Source of the DNA: Kofleriaceae bacterium
GTDB lineage: Bacteria > Myxococcota_A > Polyangia > Haliangiales > Haliangiaceae
Direction of reading: 5' to 3'
NCBI GenBank assembly: GCA_965215005.1
Contig: CBDCCZ010000042.1
Location: 96,001 to 160,000, forward strand
DNA: 64,000 bases
Positions within the stretch are counted from its first letter, which is position 1; every line of letters begins with the position of its first letter. Positions 1-13,422 of the stretch are shown here, piece after piece. The notes under the pieces are model-generated. The model was given only the letters and a program-made list of their open reading frames with translations. It was not told where the DNA came from and searched no databases. The position numbers and the translations under genes are program-made.

Positions 1-442
1 CCAACCGAGCGCGGCGCAAGGCCAGCGCCGCCGGCGACCCGGCGATACCCACGGCGCGCAAATCATCCTCGTCGAGCGAGGTGAGCGCGGTGACTGCGAG
101 CACCCGCGTGCCGCTGCCACGACACGCTCGAGCCGCGGCCTCGAGCATCGCCTGGCCGCCGCCGGCGTGAACCGTCAACAGCTCCACTCCCAATGCGACG
201 GCGCGCTCGCTGGCGCGCTCCACCGTGTGCGGGATGTCGTGCAGCTTGACGTCGAGCATGATGCGAAAGCCGCGCCGCACGAAATCGCGCACCACCTGCG
301 GTCCCTCGGCCATGAACAGCTCGAGCCCGATTTTCAGCCAGTCGCAGTGCCCGGTCAGCGCCGTCGCCAACGCCTCCGCGGCGGCGGCATTGGCAACATC
401 GAGCGGCACCACCAACCGGCTACCAGGATCGAACGCAGTCAT
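1..442 (-). CDS. pyrF: Orotidine-5'-phosphate decarboxylase (3' end runs off the window)
   Basis: Manual translation from ATG at 442: MTAFDPGSRLVVPLDV...WLKIGLELF...IMLDVKLHDIPHTV...LLTVHAGGGQAML...LAVTALTSLD. Contains the DxKxHDIP catalytic motif. Not in the ORF track because it is truncated. Confidence 0.95.
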   Translation of the reverse strand, partial: MTAFDPGSRLVVPLDVANAAAAEALATALTGHCDWLKIGLELFMAEGPQVVRDFVRRGFRIMLDVKLHDIPHTVERASERAVALGVELLTVHAGGGQAMLEAAARACRGSGTRVLAVTALTSLDEDDLRAVGIAGSPAALALRRARL

Positions 443-532
443 GAAATCACCCTTCGCCACCTCACCGGCGGGCTCAACGTCTCACCGCGGATGGCATTGC
501 CGCTGGGTTGTACGGGGCCAAGGCCATTGCCG

Positions 533-2437
533 TCAACGCGGCCGCAGCGCGCGAATCTCGTAGTCGCCGTCGACCTCGTCCTTTTGCACCAAAAACAACA
601 GGCCATCATCGCCGCGCCGCCGCAGCCCATCGAATCGCACCGTGCCAGTGACCCCTGCCACCGAGCCGGCCGCCATCGCCGCGGCGAGCTCAACGCGGGT
701 TCTGGCGCCGCCCTCGATGGCTCGGCGCAGCGCCAGCGCCGCGTCGTAGGTATAGGCGTCGATGGCGGTGGGCGACTTGCCAAACGCTTGCTCATACCGA
801 TCGACGAACGCGCGAACCTGCGCGTCATTGCGGTCGGGGTAGAAACCGGGCGCCAACACCGCGCCAGCGCTGTAGCGCCCAGCGCTGCGGGTGTAGCGTG
901 GCGCCAGGAACTCCGCGGTCGAGAGCAGCAAGATTTTGCGGCCATGGGCCGGCGCGGCTGCATCGATCGGCTGCGCCACCAAATTGCCAGCGGCGAGCGC
1001 CGGGGCGATGAGCTCCAAGCGAGCGGCTTGATCGGGCACGAACACCGCCTGCCACGGCTTGGACAACCGTTTTACGTGCTCGCCAAACGAGGTCTGCGCC
1101 TCCGGGTACCGCTCTTCGACGACGACCTGGCCTCCCAGTCGCTCGACCTCCTGGCGGAACGCCGCGCCTACCGTGCGCCCGTAGCCGCTTTGCGGCGCCA
1201 GAATCGCGAAATCGCGGACTCCGTGTTCGGAGGCGTAACGGGCCAGCGCTTGCGCGCGTGCCTCCGCCGAGTGGACGACATGAAAGATGTACTCCGAGGC
1301 GCCGGCGGTCCGCGCTTCGGGGCGCGGATTGAGCGTCACCAGCGGCACCCCAACCTCGGAAGCCCGAACCGAGGCGGCATCGACGGTGGGTCCCGAAAGC
1401 GGGCCGACGATCGCAATCGCGCCCTCGGCGAGCGCCGCATCGACCGCCGCTGCGGCTCCGCCCGTGCCCGACGCGGTGTCGTGGACGGTGACGCGAAATG
1501 GTTTTGGCAGCTCGCCGGGGCGATCACTGGCCGCCGGCGCAAACGTGCCCGATGCGATGGAGAGCCCGCTCACCACCAAATCCCCGCGCCGCGACCGCTT
1601 GCCGGTGACGTCGACGATGGAGCCGAGAAGATCGGGCTCGCCCCCCGCCCCTTGGCCAGCCCGCGCGCTCAGCCCGAGCCGCCGCCGCGCATCCTCGACG
1701 TCGGCACGAATGCGAGCGGCGCGCCCCGGATCACCTTGAGTGGCGTAGTCGCCGGCAACACGCGGTCCGAGCACCGCGGTGGCGATGCCGTCGCGGTGCT
1801 GCAGCGATTCCCACGCCCGCTGCGCCGCCTCGACGTCGGCGGCAGCCACCACCGCGCCGACCTGCTCGAGGATGAACGCCTGCTCGGAACGCCGCGCCAG
1901 CGGATACCACGCATCGAAGTACGGCAGCGACGCCAGAGGCTCGGGCCCGCGACTGCTGGCAAGCGCGGTAGCAGCGAGCCACTCGAGACGCTCGCCCTCG
2001 GTCTCCACGGCGTCTTTGGCGCCGATGAGCAGCGGCAACGCGCGCTGGTGGTCGCCCTGATAGTTGTACGCGATGCCCAAAAACAGCTGCGCGCGCTCTC
2101 GCAACCGCGGCTCGACGTCGACATCGGCGGCGACCAGTTGCAAATGGCTCACCGCCTGCTCGAGCTCTTCTTGCGCCAGCGCCGCCATGCCCGCGTAGAG
2201 CCGCGCGTACGGCGCGATGGGATCCGAGGGATAGCTCTCGGCGATCGCGGCGAACGCATCCATGCCGTCGCCGTCGCGCTCGAAGCGCTGCTGGGCCTGG
2301 CGAAACTGCGCTTGCGCGGTGGCATCGCCGTGGGTGGGGATGGTCGCGCTGAGAGGTTTCCGGCTGCGCCCTCCACAGCCGAGCGCTGCCAGAAGCCCAA
2401 TCATCGACACCCACGCTAGAAGGCGTTGTAACCGCAT
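533..2437 (-). CDS. LpoA/LppC-like lipoprotein (penicillin-binding protein activator): TPR-like N-terminus plus periplasmic binding protein type 1 domain
   Basis: Lipobox LAALG-C; helical TPR-like region; IVGPLSG, APQSGYG and AYTYDAA...GVTGTVRF motifs of the PBP1 LpoA/YraM class. Start taken at MRLQRLL. Confidence 0.8.
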   Translation of the reverse strand: MRLQRLLAWVSMIGLLAALGCGGRSRKPLSATIPTHGDATAQAQFRQAQQRFERDGDGMDAFAAIAESYPSDPIAPYARLYAGMAALAQEELEQAVSHLQLVAADVDVEPRLRERAQLFLGIAYNYQGDHQRALPLLIGAKDAVETEGERLEWLAATALASSRGPEPLASLPYFDAWYPLARRSEQAFILEQVGAVVAAADVEAAQRAWESLQHRDGIATAVLGPRVAGDYATQGDPGRAARIRADVEDARRRLGLSARAGQGAGGEPDLLGSIVDVTGKRSRRGDLVVSGLSIASGTFAPAASDRPGELPKPFRVTVHDTASGTGGAAAAVDAALAEGAIAIVGPLSGPTVDAASVRASEVGVPLVTLNPRPEARTAGASEYIFHVVHSAEARAQALARYASEHGVRDFAILAPQSGYGRTVGAAFRQEVERLGGQVVVEERYPEAQTSFGEHVKRLSKPWQAVFVPDQAARLELIAPALAAGNLVAQPIDAAAPAHGRKILLLSTAEFLAPRYTRSAGRYSAGAVLAPGFYPDRNDAQVRAFVDRYEQAFGKSPTAIDAYTYDAALALRRAIEGGARTRVELAAAMAAGSVAGVTGTVRFDGLRRRGDDGLLFLVQKDEVDGDYEIRALRPR

Positions 2438-2504
2438 TGCAGGGCCGACTCTATCCGCGGCCACCGACGGCGGCAAATCGAGTCTCGTCCGCTATAGTGC
2501 GCCG

Positions 2505-3530
2505 GTGTCGCAGGACCTCGACGAGCAAACAGCCGACCTCCTTCAAACCGCGTGGGAACGCCTCGATGCCGGCGACGCCGAGGCGGCGCTTCGGCTCGCG
2601 GTACGCGCGCAAAGCGCCGCGGGCGATCACGCCGAGGTGCTGATGCTGCAAGGCGCCATCGCCGCTCAACGCGACGACGTCGACGCCGCGCTCACGGCAA
2701 TGCGGCGTGCTGCAGAGGCGGATCCCACGCATCCTCGTCCGCTGATCTACGCCGCCGACCTGCAGCTCAATTTCTTTGATGATCCCGAAGCCGCCATCGA
2801 GCTCCTCGATCGCGCGATCGATCTCGCTGAAAACGACGATGAGCTGATCGATGCCGTCATCCTCAAGGCCGAGGCCGCCATCGCCACCGGTGAGCGCGAC
2901 GACGAAGCCCGCGAGTGTCTCGCCGAGCTCGAGGGCTGTGCAGTCGAAGACGCCGGCCTGTGGTGCGAGGCCGGCGATCTCTACATGGCGCTGGGCGACG
3001 TCGACCACGCCCAGCACTGCTATGAAGCCGCGCTCGATGAAGACGAAGTCGCCGATGCCTATCACGGGTTGGGAATGGTCTACGACGCGCGCGGCGCCCA
3101 GGAGGCCATGGTCGGCGCATGGCGACGCACCCGCGAGCTCGATCTGGCGGCGGCGCCCGAGGCGTGGCATCTGCCGCCCGCCGAGTTCGAGGCCATCGCC
3201 GAAGCCGCGCTGCGCGAGCTCCCCCGCGAGGTCCTCGACCGGCTCGAGAACGTCCCCATCTTGATCGAAGATGCGCCGAGCGAGGCGCTCATCGCCGACG
3301 GCACCGATCCCCGCCTGCTGGGCCTCTTTAGCGGCACCCCGATGCCGCAGAAGAGCACCGAGGGGCAGCCGCTCGCCATCGACACGGTGCACCTATTTCA
3401 GCGCAATATCGAGCGCGCCGCCGAGGGTCCCGAGCACCTCGCCGACGAAATTCGCATCACCGTCCTCCACGAGACCGCCCACTTCTTTGGCCTCACTGAG
3501 GATGACCTCGAGCGCCTCGGCCTCGACTGA
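2505..3530 (+). CDS. TPR-repeat protein with C-terminal zincin-like metallopeptidase (Zincin_1)
   Basis: TPR helices followed by LLGLFSG...IRITVLHETAHFFGLTEDDLERLGL (HExxH). GTG start at 2505. Confidence 0.85.
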   Translation: MSQDLDEQTADLLQTAWERLDAGDAEAALRLAVRAQSAAGDHAEVLMLQGAIAAQRDDVDAALTAMRRAAEADPTHPRPLIYAADLQLNFFDDPEAAIELLDRAIDLAENDDELIDAVILKAEAAIATGERDDEARECLAELEGCAVEDAGLWCEAGDLYMALGDVDHAQHCYEAALDEDEVADAYHGLGMVYDARGAQEAMVGAWRRTRELDLAAAPEAWHLPPAEFEAIAEAALRELPREVLDRLENVPILIEDAPSEALIADGTDPRLLGLFSGTPMPQKSTEGQPLAIDTVHLFQRNIERAAEGPEHLADEIRITVLHETAHFFGLTEDDLERLGLD

Positions 3531-3629
3531 GCGGCGCTCGCGCTAGCGTCGGCGGACCTGGCAACGCGATATACCGGTCGGTTCTGCTCGTCGGAGTCAT
3601 TCCGCGCCCGCCAATCACGCGCTCGGCGC

Positions 3630-4538
3630 TCAGTCTGCAGCCTGCTCCAGCACCGTGGCGTGCGCCAGAAACGGCTCGGGATCGACGAAGCGCATGCGGC
3701 CGGCGATGGGTAGCTCGAGGCTGAAGTGCAGGTGCGGCGCTGAGCGCTTGATGCCGGTGGTACCGAGGCGGCCGATGACTTGCCCGGCCTGCACCTCGTC
3801 GCCTGGCTGCAGGTCCTCGGCGATGCTTTCCAGGTGCATGTAGGCGGTGTGAACCGCTTCTGGATGCTCGAGCTCGATGTAGAGGCCGCTCAGCGAGTCG
3901 GGGTTGCGATAGATCCGCTGCACCGTTCCCCAAGCGACGGCAACGATGGGCGTGCCGCGGTCTTCGAACAGATCGTTGCCGCAGTGCCCACCGCCGCACT
4001 CTGCGCGGCGAATCCCAGGACGATCGGCGCCAAAGCGCTGGGTGCCGCGCAGTGGCTGCTTATCGGCGATGTTCACGACCGGGTGGATCCAGTCGTTGAG
4101 GGTGGGAAAGCGCTCTTCGAGCGGCTCGAGCTCAACGTTGCTCACGTCCTCACCGACGATGGCAGTGGTATCCCAGGAGGGTGCATCGTCGGCGAAGTCG
4201 AAGACCTCGTCGAGCTCTAGCTCCTCGCGTGCCGGCGCCGCGGGGGCGCGTTGACGATCGGCGCCCCGCTCGATTGCGTCGGCCAGCGCTGGGCCGACGA
4301 TGCTGGCGCTCTTGGCTTGACGAAAGTTGCCATCGAAGGCAAAGGCAAACGCGGCCGCGGCGCCGGCGATAGCCACGCCGACTCGCGACACCCGTCGGCG
4401 CGGCGGCGCCTCATCCAGTGCCGCTGCAGCCGCGCGTTCGCACCGCGGGCACACGACCACGACCCGAACCCCTACGACGCGAACCTCTCCGGTTGGATCG
4501 AGATCGTCGCCGCACGTGGTGCATGCGAAGCGAGCCAC
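3630..4538 (-). CDS. M23 family metallopeptidase with N-terminal zinc ribbon and TM segment
   Basis: HCGND (HxxxD) and PHLHF motifs, YMHL, GDEVQAGQVIG; N-terminal CTTC...CPRC. GTG start inferred. Confidence 0.85.
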   Translation of the reverse strand: MARFACTTCGDDLDPTGEVRVVGVRVVVVCPRCERAAAAALDEAPPRRRVSRVGVAIAGAAAAFAFAFDGNFRQAKSASIVGPALADAIERGADRQRAPAAPAREELELDEVFDFADDAPSWDTTAIVGEDVSNVELEPLEERFPTLNDWIHPVVNIADKQPLRGTQRFGADRPGIRRAECGGGHCGNDLFEDRGTPIVAVAWGTVQRIYRNPDSLSGLYIELEHPEAVHTAYMHLESIAEDLQPGDEVQAGQVIGRLGTTGIKRSAPHLHFSLELPIAGRMRFVDPEPFLAHATVLEQAAD

Positions 4539-4632
4539 CAGGCAGGACGCTAGCACGGCCCGCGCGCAGCGTTCGCCGCCGAGCCGCGCGAAAACGCCCG
4601 CCTCACACCCAACGAGCGATACGGCAGGAGAC

Positions 4633-8154
<3,522 letters not shown>

Positions 8155-8283
8155 GACGATCCTCGGTCCCGGCGCGCAGCGCGAACTACGGCCGGAAGCG
8201 ACTCCAGGTCTACGGGGAGAAGTCGCGACCTGCAATCATGACAGGCCGCTCCGACACGGGCGCCCGAGCCTGGCAGCAAAGCC

Positions 8284-8327
8284 TGTGGAGGCGCTACCAG
8301 CACAACCTGTGGATACGCTGTGGAAAC
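8284..8327. promoter_or_regulatory. Cluster of DnaA-box-like sites upstream of dnaE
   Basis: TGTGGAGGC (8284), TGTGGATAC (8308) and TGTGGAAAC (8319) compared with consensus TGTGGATAA. Confidence 0.5.
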
Positions 8328-8396
8328 GGCGCGCCGGCGCCAGCTCCTTGCCAAATGACGCCTACGCGGCCGGCCACGACGCCGGCGGTATGCCCC

Positions 8397-9539
8397 TCAG
8401 AATTTGTAGGTCACGCCGAGCTGCAGATAGGTGCCGACGTCGTTCTCGAGCATGATGCCGTAGAGCGCGTCTTTGAAGGCGGCGCGCTCACCCTGAAACG
8501 GTGCGCCTTCGAACAGGACGAACACGTTCCACTGCTCTTTCACCGCGATCTCGACGATCAGCGAAACCATCAGCCGCAGGCCGTTGTCGCGCTCGAGCAG
8601 ACCATCTTCGCCGACCAAGTCGTCGATGCGCGCCTTGTCGGCCGCGGTGAATCCCGGCGTCGGCATCCCATCCAGAAATGCTTTGTAGTCTTCGCACAGC
8701 TCGGTGGGATCGCCCTCGAGCTGGCCGCCGCTAACGCCCGGACAAAAGCTATCGGACCAAAAGCTCAGGTAGCTGCGGCCGGTGATGGTCACGCTGCCGA
8801 GCCCGGTAAGCGAGGCTAACAAGCCGCCGTCGAAGAAGAAGCTATTGCGGCCGCTGTCGTCGAAAAAATTCGATCCGCCGCCGAGCGTCGCGAAGGTGCC
8901 GACTGAGAAGGGGTCGACATCGACCAGGGTCAGCCGCCCCGTGAGGCCCAGCTCGGTTCGCGAGAAGAAGGTCCGAAAGACCAAGCCCGCGTCGAAGCCA
9001 AGGCCCTCGGCGAGCTCGCCAGCGCCGACCAAAATGCGACCATCGAGCCAGTACGGATAGCCGGCGGCGATCGAAGCGGTCGAACGACCCCGCGGAAGGG
9101 CACGCGCACCAAACGCGGTGAGGCTGCGCCGCTCGCGCTCGAGCTCCTCGGCCGACGGTCCGATAGCGGCTCGCTGCAGCCGCGCGCTCACGATCTTGCT
9201 ATCACCCGCCGTCAGCTCCACTTGCTCCTCGAACTCGGCGTAGTCGGGGTGGCGCACCGTTACCAGATGCGCGCCGAGCGCCAGCTCATTGCTGCTCCAA
9301 GGAGTCACGCCGACGTTTTCGCCATCGATCATCACCTGGGCGCCCGAGGGATTAGAGACCACCCGCAGCGCAGCGCTCGACTGCTGCGGCGGACTCGCCG
9401 TGACGCCTTGGCCTGGTGCATCGGCGGCCTCGTTGGCAGCGGGGCTTTGGGTCTGCGCAGCGAGCTCGCCGCTGCCTCCGACCAAGAGCGCGAGCATGAG
9501 AAGAAACGCGGGCGTGCGAGTTGCGGAAGCTATGTGCAT
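8397..9539 (-). CDS. PEGA domain-containing exported protein with probable C-terminal beta-barrel
   Basis: Signal peptide; PEGA motif LRVVSNPSGAQVMIDGENVGVTP...GAHLVTVRHPDY; ends in LGVTYKF. The real gene is the 3' part of the 1025-aa track ORF. Confidence 0.85.
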   Translation of the reverse strand: MHIASATRTPAFLLMLALLVGGSGELAAQTQSPAANEAADAPGQGVTASPPQQSSAALRVVSNPSGAQVMIDGENVGVTPWSSNELALGAHLVTVRHPDYAEFEEQVELTAGDSKIVSARLQRAAIGPSAEELERERRSLTAFGARALPRGRSTASIAAGYPYWLDGRILVGAGELAEGLGFDAGLVFRTFFSRTELGLTGRLTLVDVDPFSVGTFATLGGGSNFFDDSGRNSFFFDGGLLASLTGLGSVTITGRSYLSFWSDSFCPGVSGGQLEGDPTELCEDYKAFLDGMPTPGFTAADKARIDDLVGEDGLLERDNGLRLMVSLIVEIAVKEQWNVFVLFEGAPFQGERAAFKDALYGIMLENDVGTYLQLGVTYKF

Positions 9540-9649
9540 CGGTAAAGAGCTCCTTAATGAATGCCGCGAGCGGCGCGGCTGCGGTGCCGCCGCCGCGGCG
9601 AGCAAGCTCCCGCGGAAGACGAGATGCTCGCCACCAGCCGCCGAAGCCC

Positions 9650-10468
9650 CTATGGCTCCGATCCTGGCGTCAAAACACCTGCAATGCAAAGGCTTACCAG
9701 GACGATTCCCAGGACGATTCGATATACCCCAAACGGAGTCAGCCGATGCCGACTCAGGTACCGAAGCAGCCACGCGATGCTCAAGTAGCCGCTGATCGCC
9801 GCGGTGAGCGTTCCCACCAAGATCGGCCCCCAAGCGGCCGAGCCCAGCGCCGCGAGTGCATCCTCCAGCTCGAAGACGCCGGCGCCAGCAATCGCTGGAA
9901 TGCCGAGCAAGAACGAAAATCGCGCCGCGTCTGGCCGCCGCATGCCGAGCAGCAACGCGGCAATGATCGTCGAGCCGCTGCGCGACACGCCGGGGATCAA
10001 CGCCAACGTCTGGGCGCCGCCGATGAGGAGTGCATCGAGCAGTCGCAAATCGGCCATGCCGCGAACCAGACCGGTGCGGCGATCGGCGGCAATCAGGATG
10101 CCGCCGACGATGGCCAGAGCGGCAGCGACGACATAGAGCGAGCGCGCCTCGTCGGTGATGAAGTCTTTGAGGCCGAGGCCCGCAACGACGATCGGCAGCG
10201 TGCCCACGAGGATGTAGAGCGGCAGCCGCGCTTCGGGGCTGCCGCGATCGGTGAGCATCGCGCGCGGCATCGTGACCAGCAGCTCGCGGGCGAAGTACAC
10301 CAGCACCGCCAACAGCGTACCGAGCTGGATCACCGCGCTGTACGCCGCGCCCGGATCCGCAAATCCGAGCAGCTCCGGGGCGATCCGCAGATGCGCGGTG
10401 GACGAGATGGGCAAGAACTCGGTGAGTCCCTGAATTAGGCCGAGGAAAGCGGCAAACCACAGCGGCAT
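9650..10468 (-). CDS. uppP: Undecaprenyl-diphosphate phosphatase
   Basis: GLIQGLTEFLPISSTAH and PGVSRSGSTI motifs. Confidence 0.97.
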   Translation of the reverse strand: MPLWFAAFLGLIQGLTEFLPISSTAHLRIAPELLGFADPGAAYSAVIQLGTLLAVLVYFARELLVTMPRAMLTDRGSPEARLPLYILVGTLPIVVAGLGLKDFITDEARSLYVVAAALAIVGGILIAADRRTGLVRGMADLRLLDALLIGGAQTLALIPGVSRSGSTIIAALLLGMRRPDAARFSFLLGIPAIAGAGVFELEDALAALGSAAWGPILVGTLTAAISGYLSIAWLLRYLSRHRLTPFGVYRIVLGIVLVSLCIAGVLTPGSEP

Positions 10469-10480
10469 CGTCGCTGGCTC

Positions 10481-11329
10481 CTAGGGGCTCGGGCGGATAA
10501 CGCGCGCGATGATGCGCTCCAGGGCGGAATACGGCATCACCGCTTTGAGGGCGCTCATCGTGCGGGCGTCGCGGCCCACGAGATAGCGCAGCCGCGGCCG
10601 GCGGGCGGCGGCGACCTCGGCGATGAGCTCGGCGACGCGCGTGGGGTCGGGAGCGCCCGCGATGCGCCGCTTGGCCAGCTCTTCGAGGCGTCGCGAGGCA
10701 TCGAGATTGGGCGAATCCGGCGCGAATACGCGCGCGCCGACCGCGCGGTTGCGCTCGAAGATGTCGGTGCGAAAGGTCCCTGGCTCGATCAAGCTCACGT
10801 ACACCTCGTGGCGCAACAGCTCCAGGCGCAGCGACTCCGAAAGCCCCTCCACGGCGAACTTCGAGGCGGCATAGGCGCCAAAGCCGGGATTGCCGACTTT
10901 TCCGGCGATGCTCGAGAGCATGATGATACGGCCGCGCCCTCGCTCGCGCATGCCCGGGATGACCGCCTTGGTGACCGCCACCAAGCCAAAGAAGTTGGTC
11001 TCGAGCTGGGCGCGAATCTCGTCCATGGTCAAGTCTTCGATGAGGCCGCCGAGACCGTAGCCGGCGTTGTTGATCAGCACCTCGACCGGCCCCAGCAGAC
11101 GGCGAACGTCGCGATGCGCGCGGTCGATGGAGTCGGCATCGGTGACGTCGAGCTGCACCACCTCGCAGCCAACTCCAGCGGCCGCCATGGCTGCATCCAG
11201 TGCCGCGCGCCGCGCTGGATCGCGCATGGTGGCGGCGACCCGAAAGCCGCGGCGGGCGAGCTCGACGCTGGCAAGCAGGCCAAAGCCGCTCGAGGCGCCC
11301 GTGATGAGGCACACCGGCTTGGCGCTCAC
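10481..11329 (-). CDS. Short-chain dehydrogenase/reductase
   Basis: TGASSGFG, NNAG and YAASK motifs. GTG start inferred. Confidence 0.92.
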   Translation of the reverse strand: MSAKPVCLITGASSGFGLLASVELARRGFRVAATMRDPARRAALDAAMAAAGVGCEVVQLDVTDADSIDRAHRDVRRLLGPVEVLINNAGYGLGGLIEDLTMDEIRAQLETNFFGLVAVTKAVIPGMRERGRGRIIMLSSIAGKVGNPGFGAYAASKFAVEGLSESLRLELLRHEVYVSLIEPGTFRTDIFERNRAVGARVFAPDSPNLDASRRLEELAKRRIAGAPDPTRVAELIAEVAAARRPRLRYLVGRDARTMSALKAVMPYSALERIIARVIRPSP

Positions 11330-11511
11330 GCGCGACCGCCAGGCCCGCGAGCTCGCGCCGCGATGACCACGTGAGCACTTCGCGCGAGCCGCGTGGCGGC
11401 GCGCAACAGGAGGCATTCTGCGGGCAGCGAGGCAGGCATGAGAAGCAGCAGCCGCTGTATATCACGGCGCCCATAGCCGTTGCCGCAGCAGCGCTGGTAT
11501 CCTTGCTGGCG

Positions 11512-11883
11512 ATGGCGCACCGGCTTCACGCATGTCGCGCCGGCATGCTCGCGCTGCTGGTTGCCTCCTGCGGCAAACCTGCCGCGCGCAACGCCGGTGT
11601 CGAAAGCGCCGCCTCTGCCTCGCCTACGCAATCAGCGTCCGCACCGCTGACCGAGGCCGAGTGCCACGCGTTATTCGACCATCTGCTCGCGCTCGAGAGC
11701 GACGCCCAGCGCGCAACGACAGCTCCCGAGCTGGTCGCGACCGACGCCCAGCTCGCCGCCATCCGCGCCGAGCTCTACGCCGATACCGCCACCTGCGTCG
11801 CCGCGATGTCACGGCGCGACTTCGAGTGCGCAATGGCCGCAGCCACCGCCGCTGCCGCGCGCCGCTGCGCCACCAGTAATTGA
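11512..11883 (+). CDS. Small Cys-rich helical lipoprotein (hypothetical)
   Basis: Lipobox LVAS-C; four further spaced cysteines (ECHALFDH...TCVAAMSRRDFECAMAA...RRC). Confidence 0.6.
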   Translation: MAHRLHACRAGMLALLVASCGKPAARNAGVESAASASPTQSASAPLTEAECHALFDHLLALESDAQRATTAPELVATDAQLAAIRAELYADTATCVAAMSRRDFECAMAAATAAAARRCATSN

Positions 11884-12028
11884 TTTCCGTCCCGGGGTTG
11901 CCATCACGGCTGCCGCAGCCACCATAGAGGCGTTGATGGCTCGTGCCCAGCGCGGTCACTACCTCGCGCCGCCGCGATTGCCCGCGATGGGCAATGCCGG
12001 CGCCCTGCTCAAACTTCGGAGATGCCGC

Positions 12029-12655
12029 ATGCCGACGCTTTACACCATGCCCGGGACCTGCTCCCTCGCCCCAAACATCGCCCTCGCCTGGCTCGACGCC
12101 CCCGTCGAGGTGCGCGCCATGAACTACGGCGATCACAAAAATGCTGAATATCTGGCGATCAATCCCAAGGCCAAGGTTCCAGCGTTGCGGTTTGACGATG
12201 GCGACGTGCTCACCGAGGCGGCCGCGATTCTCGGGTATCTACGAGCGGCCTATCGCGACCCCGCCGGCGAGCTCGATGAACGGCTGCGCCGCAAGGAAGC
12301 CGAGGCACTGGCGTTCATGACCTCAGAAGTGCACGCAAGCTACGGCCCCCACTTTGCGCCGCAGCGCTTTGCCGAGTCGAGCGCCGCGCAGGAGGAGGTC
12401 AAGCAGGCCGCTTATCGAACCCTTGGCGACCACTATGAGCATCTCGACCAGGTCGCCAAGAGCACCGACGGCCCCTGGTATCTCGGCGCGCGAACCTTTG
12501 CCGACACCTTTTTATATGTGTTGGCGAGGTGGATCGAGAAGACGCCGCTGCGCATCGACGACTATTCGCAGCTCGCGCGCCACCGCGCGCACATGGAAGC
12601 CGACCCGGGCGTCAAGCAAGCGCTCGAGCGCCAGAACATGGAGCCTATCGGCTGA
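12029..12655 (+). CDS. Glutathione S-transferase (beta class-like)
   Basis: LYTMPGTCSLAPNIAL, YLAINPKAKVPAL and LTEAAAILGYL. Confidence 0.92.
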   Translation: MPTLYTMPGTCSLAPNIALAWLDAPVEVRAMNYGDHKNAEYLAINPKAKVPALRFDDGDVLTEAAAILGYLRAAYRDPAGELDERLRRKEAEALAFMTSEVHASYGPHFAPQRFAESSAAQEEVKQAAYRTLGDHYEHLDQVAKSTDGPWYLGARTFADTFLYVLARWIEKTPLRIDDYSQLARHRAHMEADPGVKQALERQNMEPIG

Positions 12656-12822
12656 GCCGCCGCGCGCACTCGCCGTCCGCAGGTCGAGGCGCTGAGCCCG
12701 GAGCTCCCTCTCTACTGTCGAGCCCCCTTCAGACTGGGTCGAGCGACCCTACTGGGGGGGCAGCTCGCCAGTCTCTTGCGTGTGCTCTAGCAGGAGCACG
12801 TGAGCAATCAAGAGGTTCGGCT

Positions 12823-12837
12823 TGGCCCGGCAGATGC
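12823..12837 (+). promoter_or_regulatory. Sigma-54 promoter (-24/-12)
   Basis: TGGCCCGGCAGATGC fits GG-N10-GC; IHF-like AATCAAGAGGTTC lies just upstream. Confidence 0.5.
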
Positions 12838-12851
12838 TACTCGCACCCACC

Positions 12852-13412
12852 ATGTCGCTTTTGCAAGGACTCATGCACGGGTGGGGATCCCTTCGGCTCG
12901 AAGAGCATGAGCGCACCCTCGATGCTAGCGGTCGCCTCGCGGGTTACGGCGGACGTCTTGAATCGTTAGCAAAGTCACCCATAGGAGAGACGCCGCGTCA
13001 CGATTTGCGCGGCGGCGCTCCCTTGGCCACGACGCAAGACGATGCCGATGGGCTTGGACGGTGGCGCTCCCACGACGGCCGCGCCCTGCCGCTTCCGCCC
13101 GGCAACAGCCAGCCGCCCGACGCAGCCGCCGGCAAGCGCAGCGCTCGGGCCGCTCCCTTGCCCTCTGCTCTCATCACGGCACCGCCGCCGATCGCTTCGG
13201 TTCCAGGTGACGACCCTCGCCGCGACGACGACGAGTGGCAGTGGCGCCTGGCGGTAGCGCGCGCACGCTGCGGTCTGGGGAGCACTGCATCGACGGCCGA
13301 GCCACCCAACGTTTCCCTGAGCGCCGCATCGCGCGGTCCAAACACGGCCGCCGCTCCCCGCGTGAGATCGAGGCGCGGCGCTCGCGGCACCATGTCGCTG
13401 GCCTCCGGGTAG
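12852..13412 (+). CDS. Hypothetical, largely disordered Pro-rich protein with DDDEWQWRLAVARAR motif
   Basis: Fills the gap between GST and the hydratase gene; sigma-54-like promoter directly upstream. Confidence 0.5.
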   Translation: MSLLQGLMHGWGSLRLEEHERTLDASGRLAGYGGRLESLAKSPIGETPRHDLRGGAPLATTQDDADGLGRWRSHDGRALPLPPGNSQPPDAAAGKRSARAAPLPSALITAPPPIASVPGDDPRRDDDEWQWRLAVARARCGLGSTASTAEPPNVSLSAASRGPNTAAAPRVRSRRGARGTMSLASG

Positions 13413-13422
13413 TTCGCCGCCG

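Noticed and set aside
167..2419. 750-aa ORF on the + strand (likewise 6151-8241 +, 4927-6132 +, 36932-38182 - and others)
   Set aside because: Antisense shadows of real genes. They are Arg/Ala-rich with no motifs, as expected in high-GC DNA.
8155..8396. Replication origin
   Set aside because: Only three imperfect boxes, no AT-rich unwinding element and no dnaA or dnaN nearby.
9540..11474. N-terminal ~645 aa of the 1025-aa ORF 8397-11474
   Set aside because: An off-frame overlap of the SDR and uppP genes; the PEGA protein starts at about 9539.
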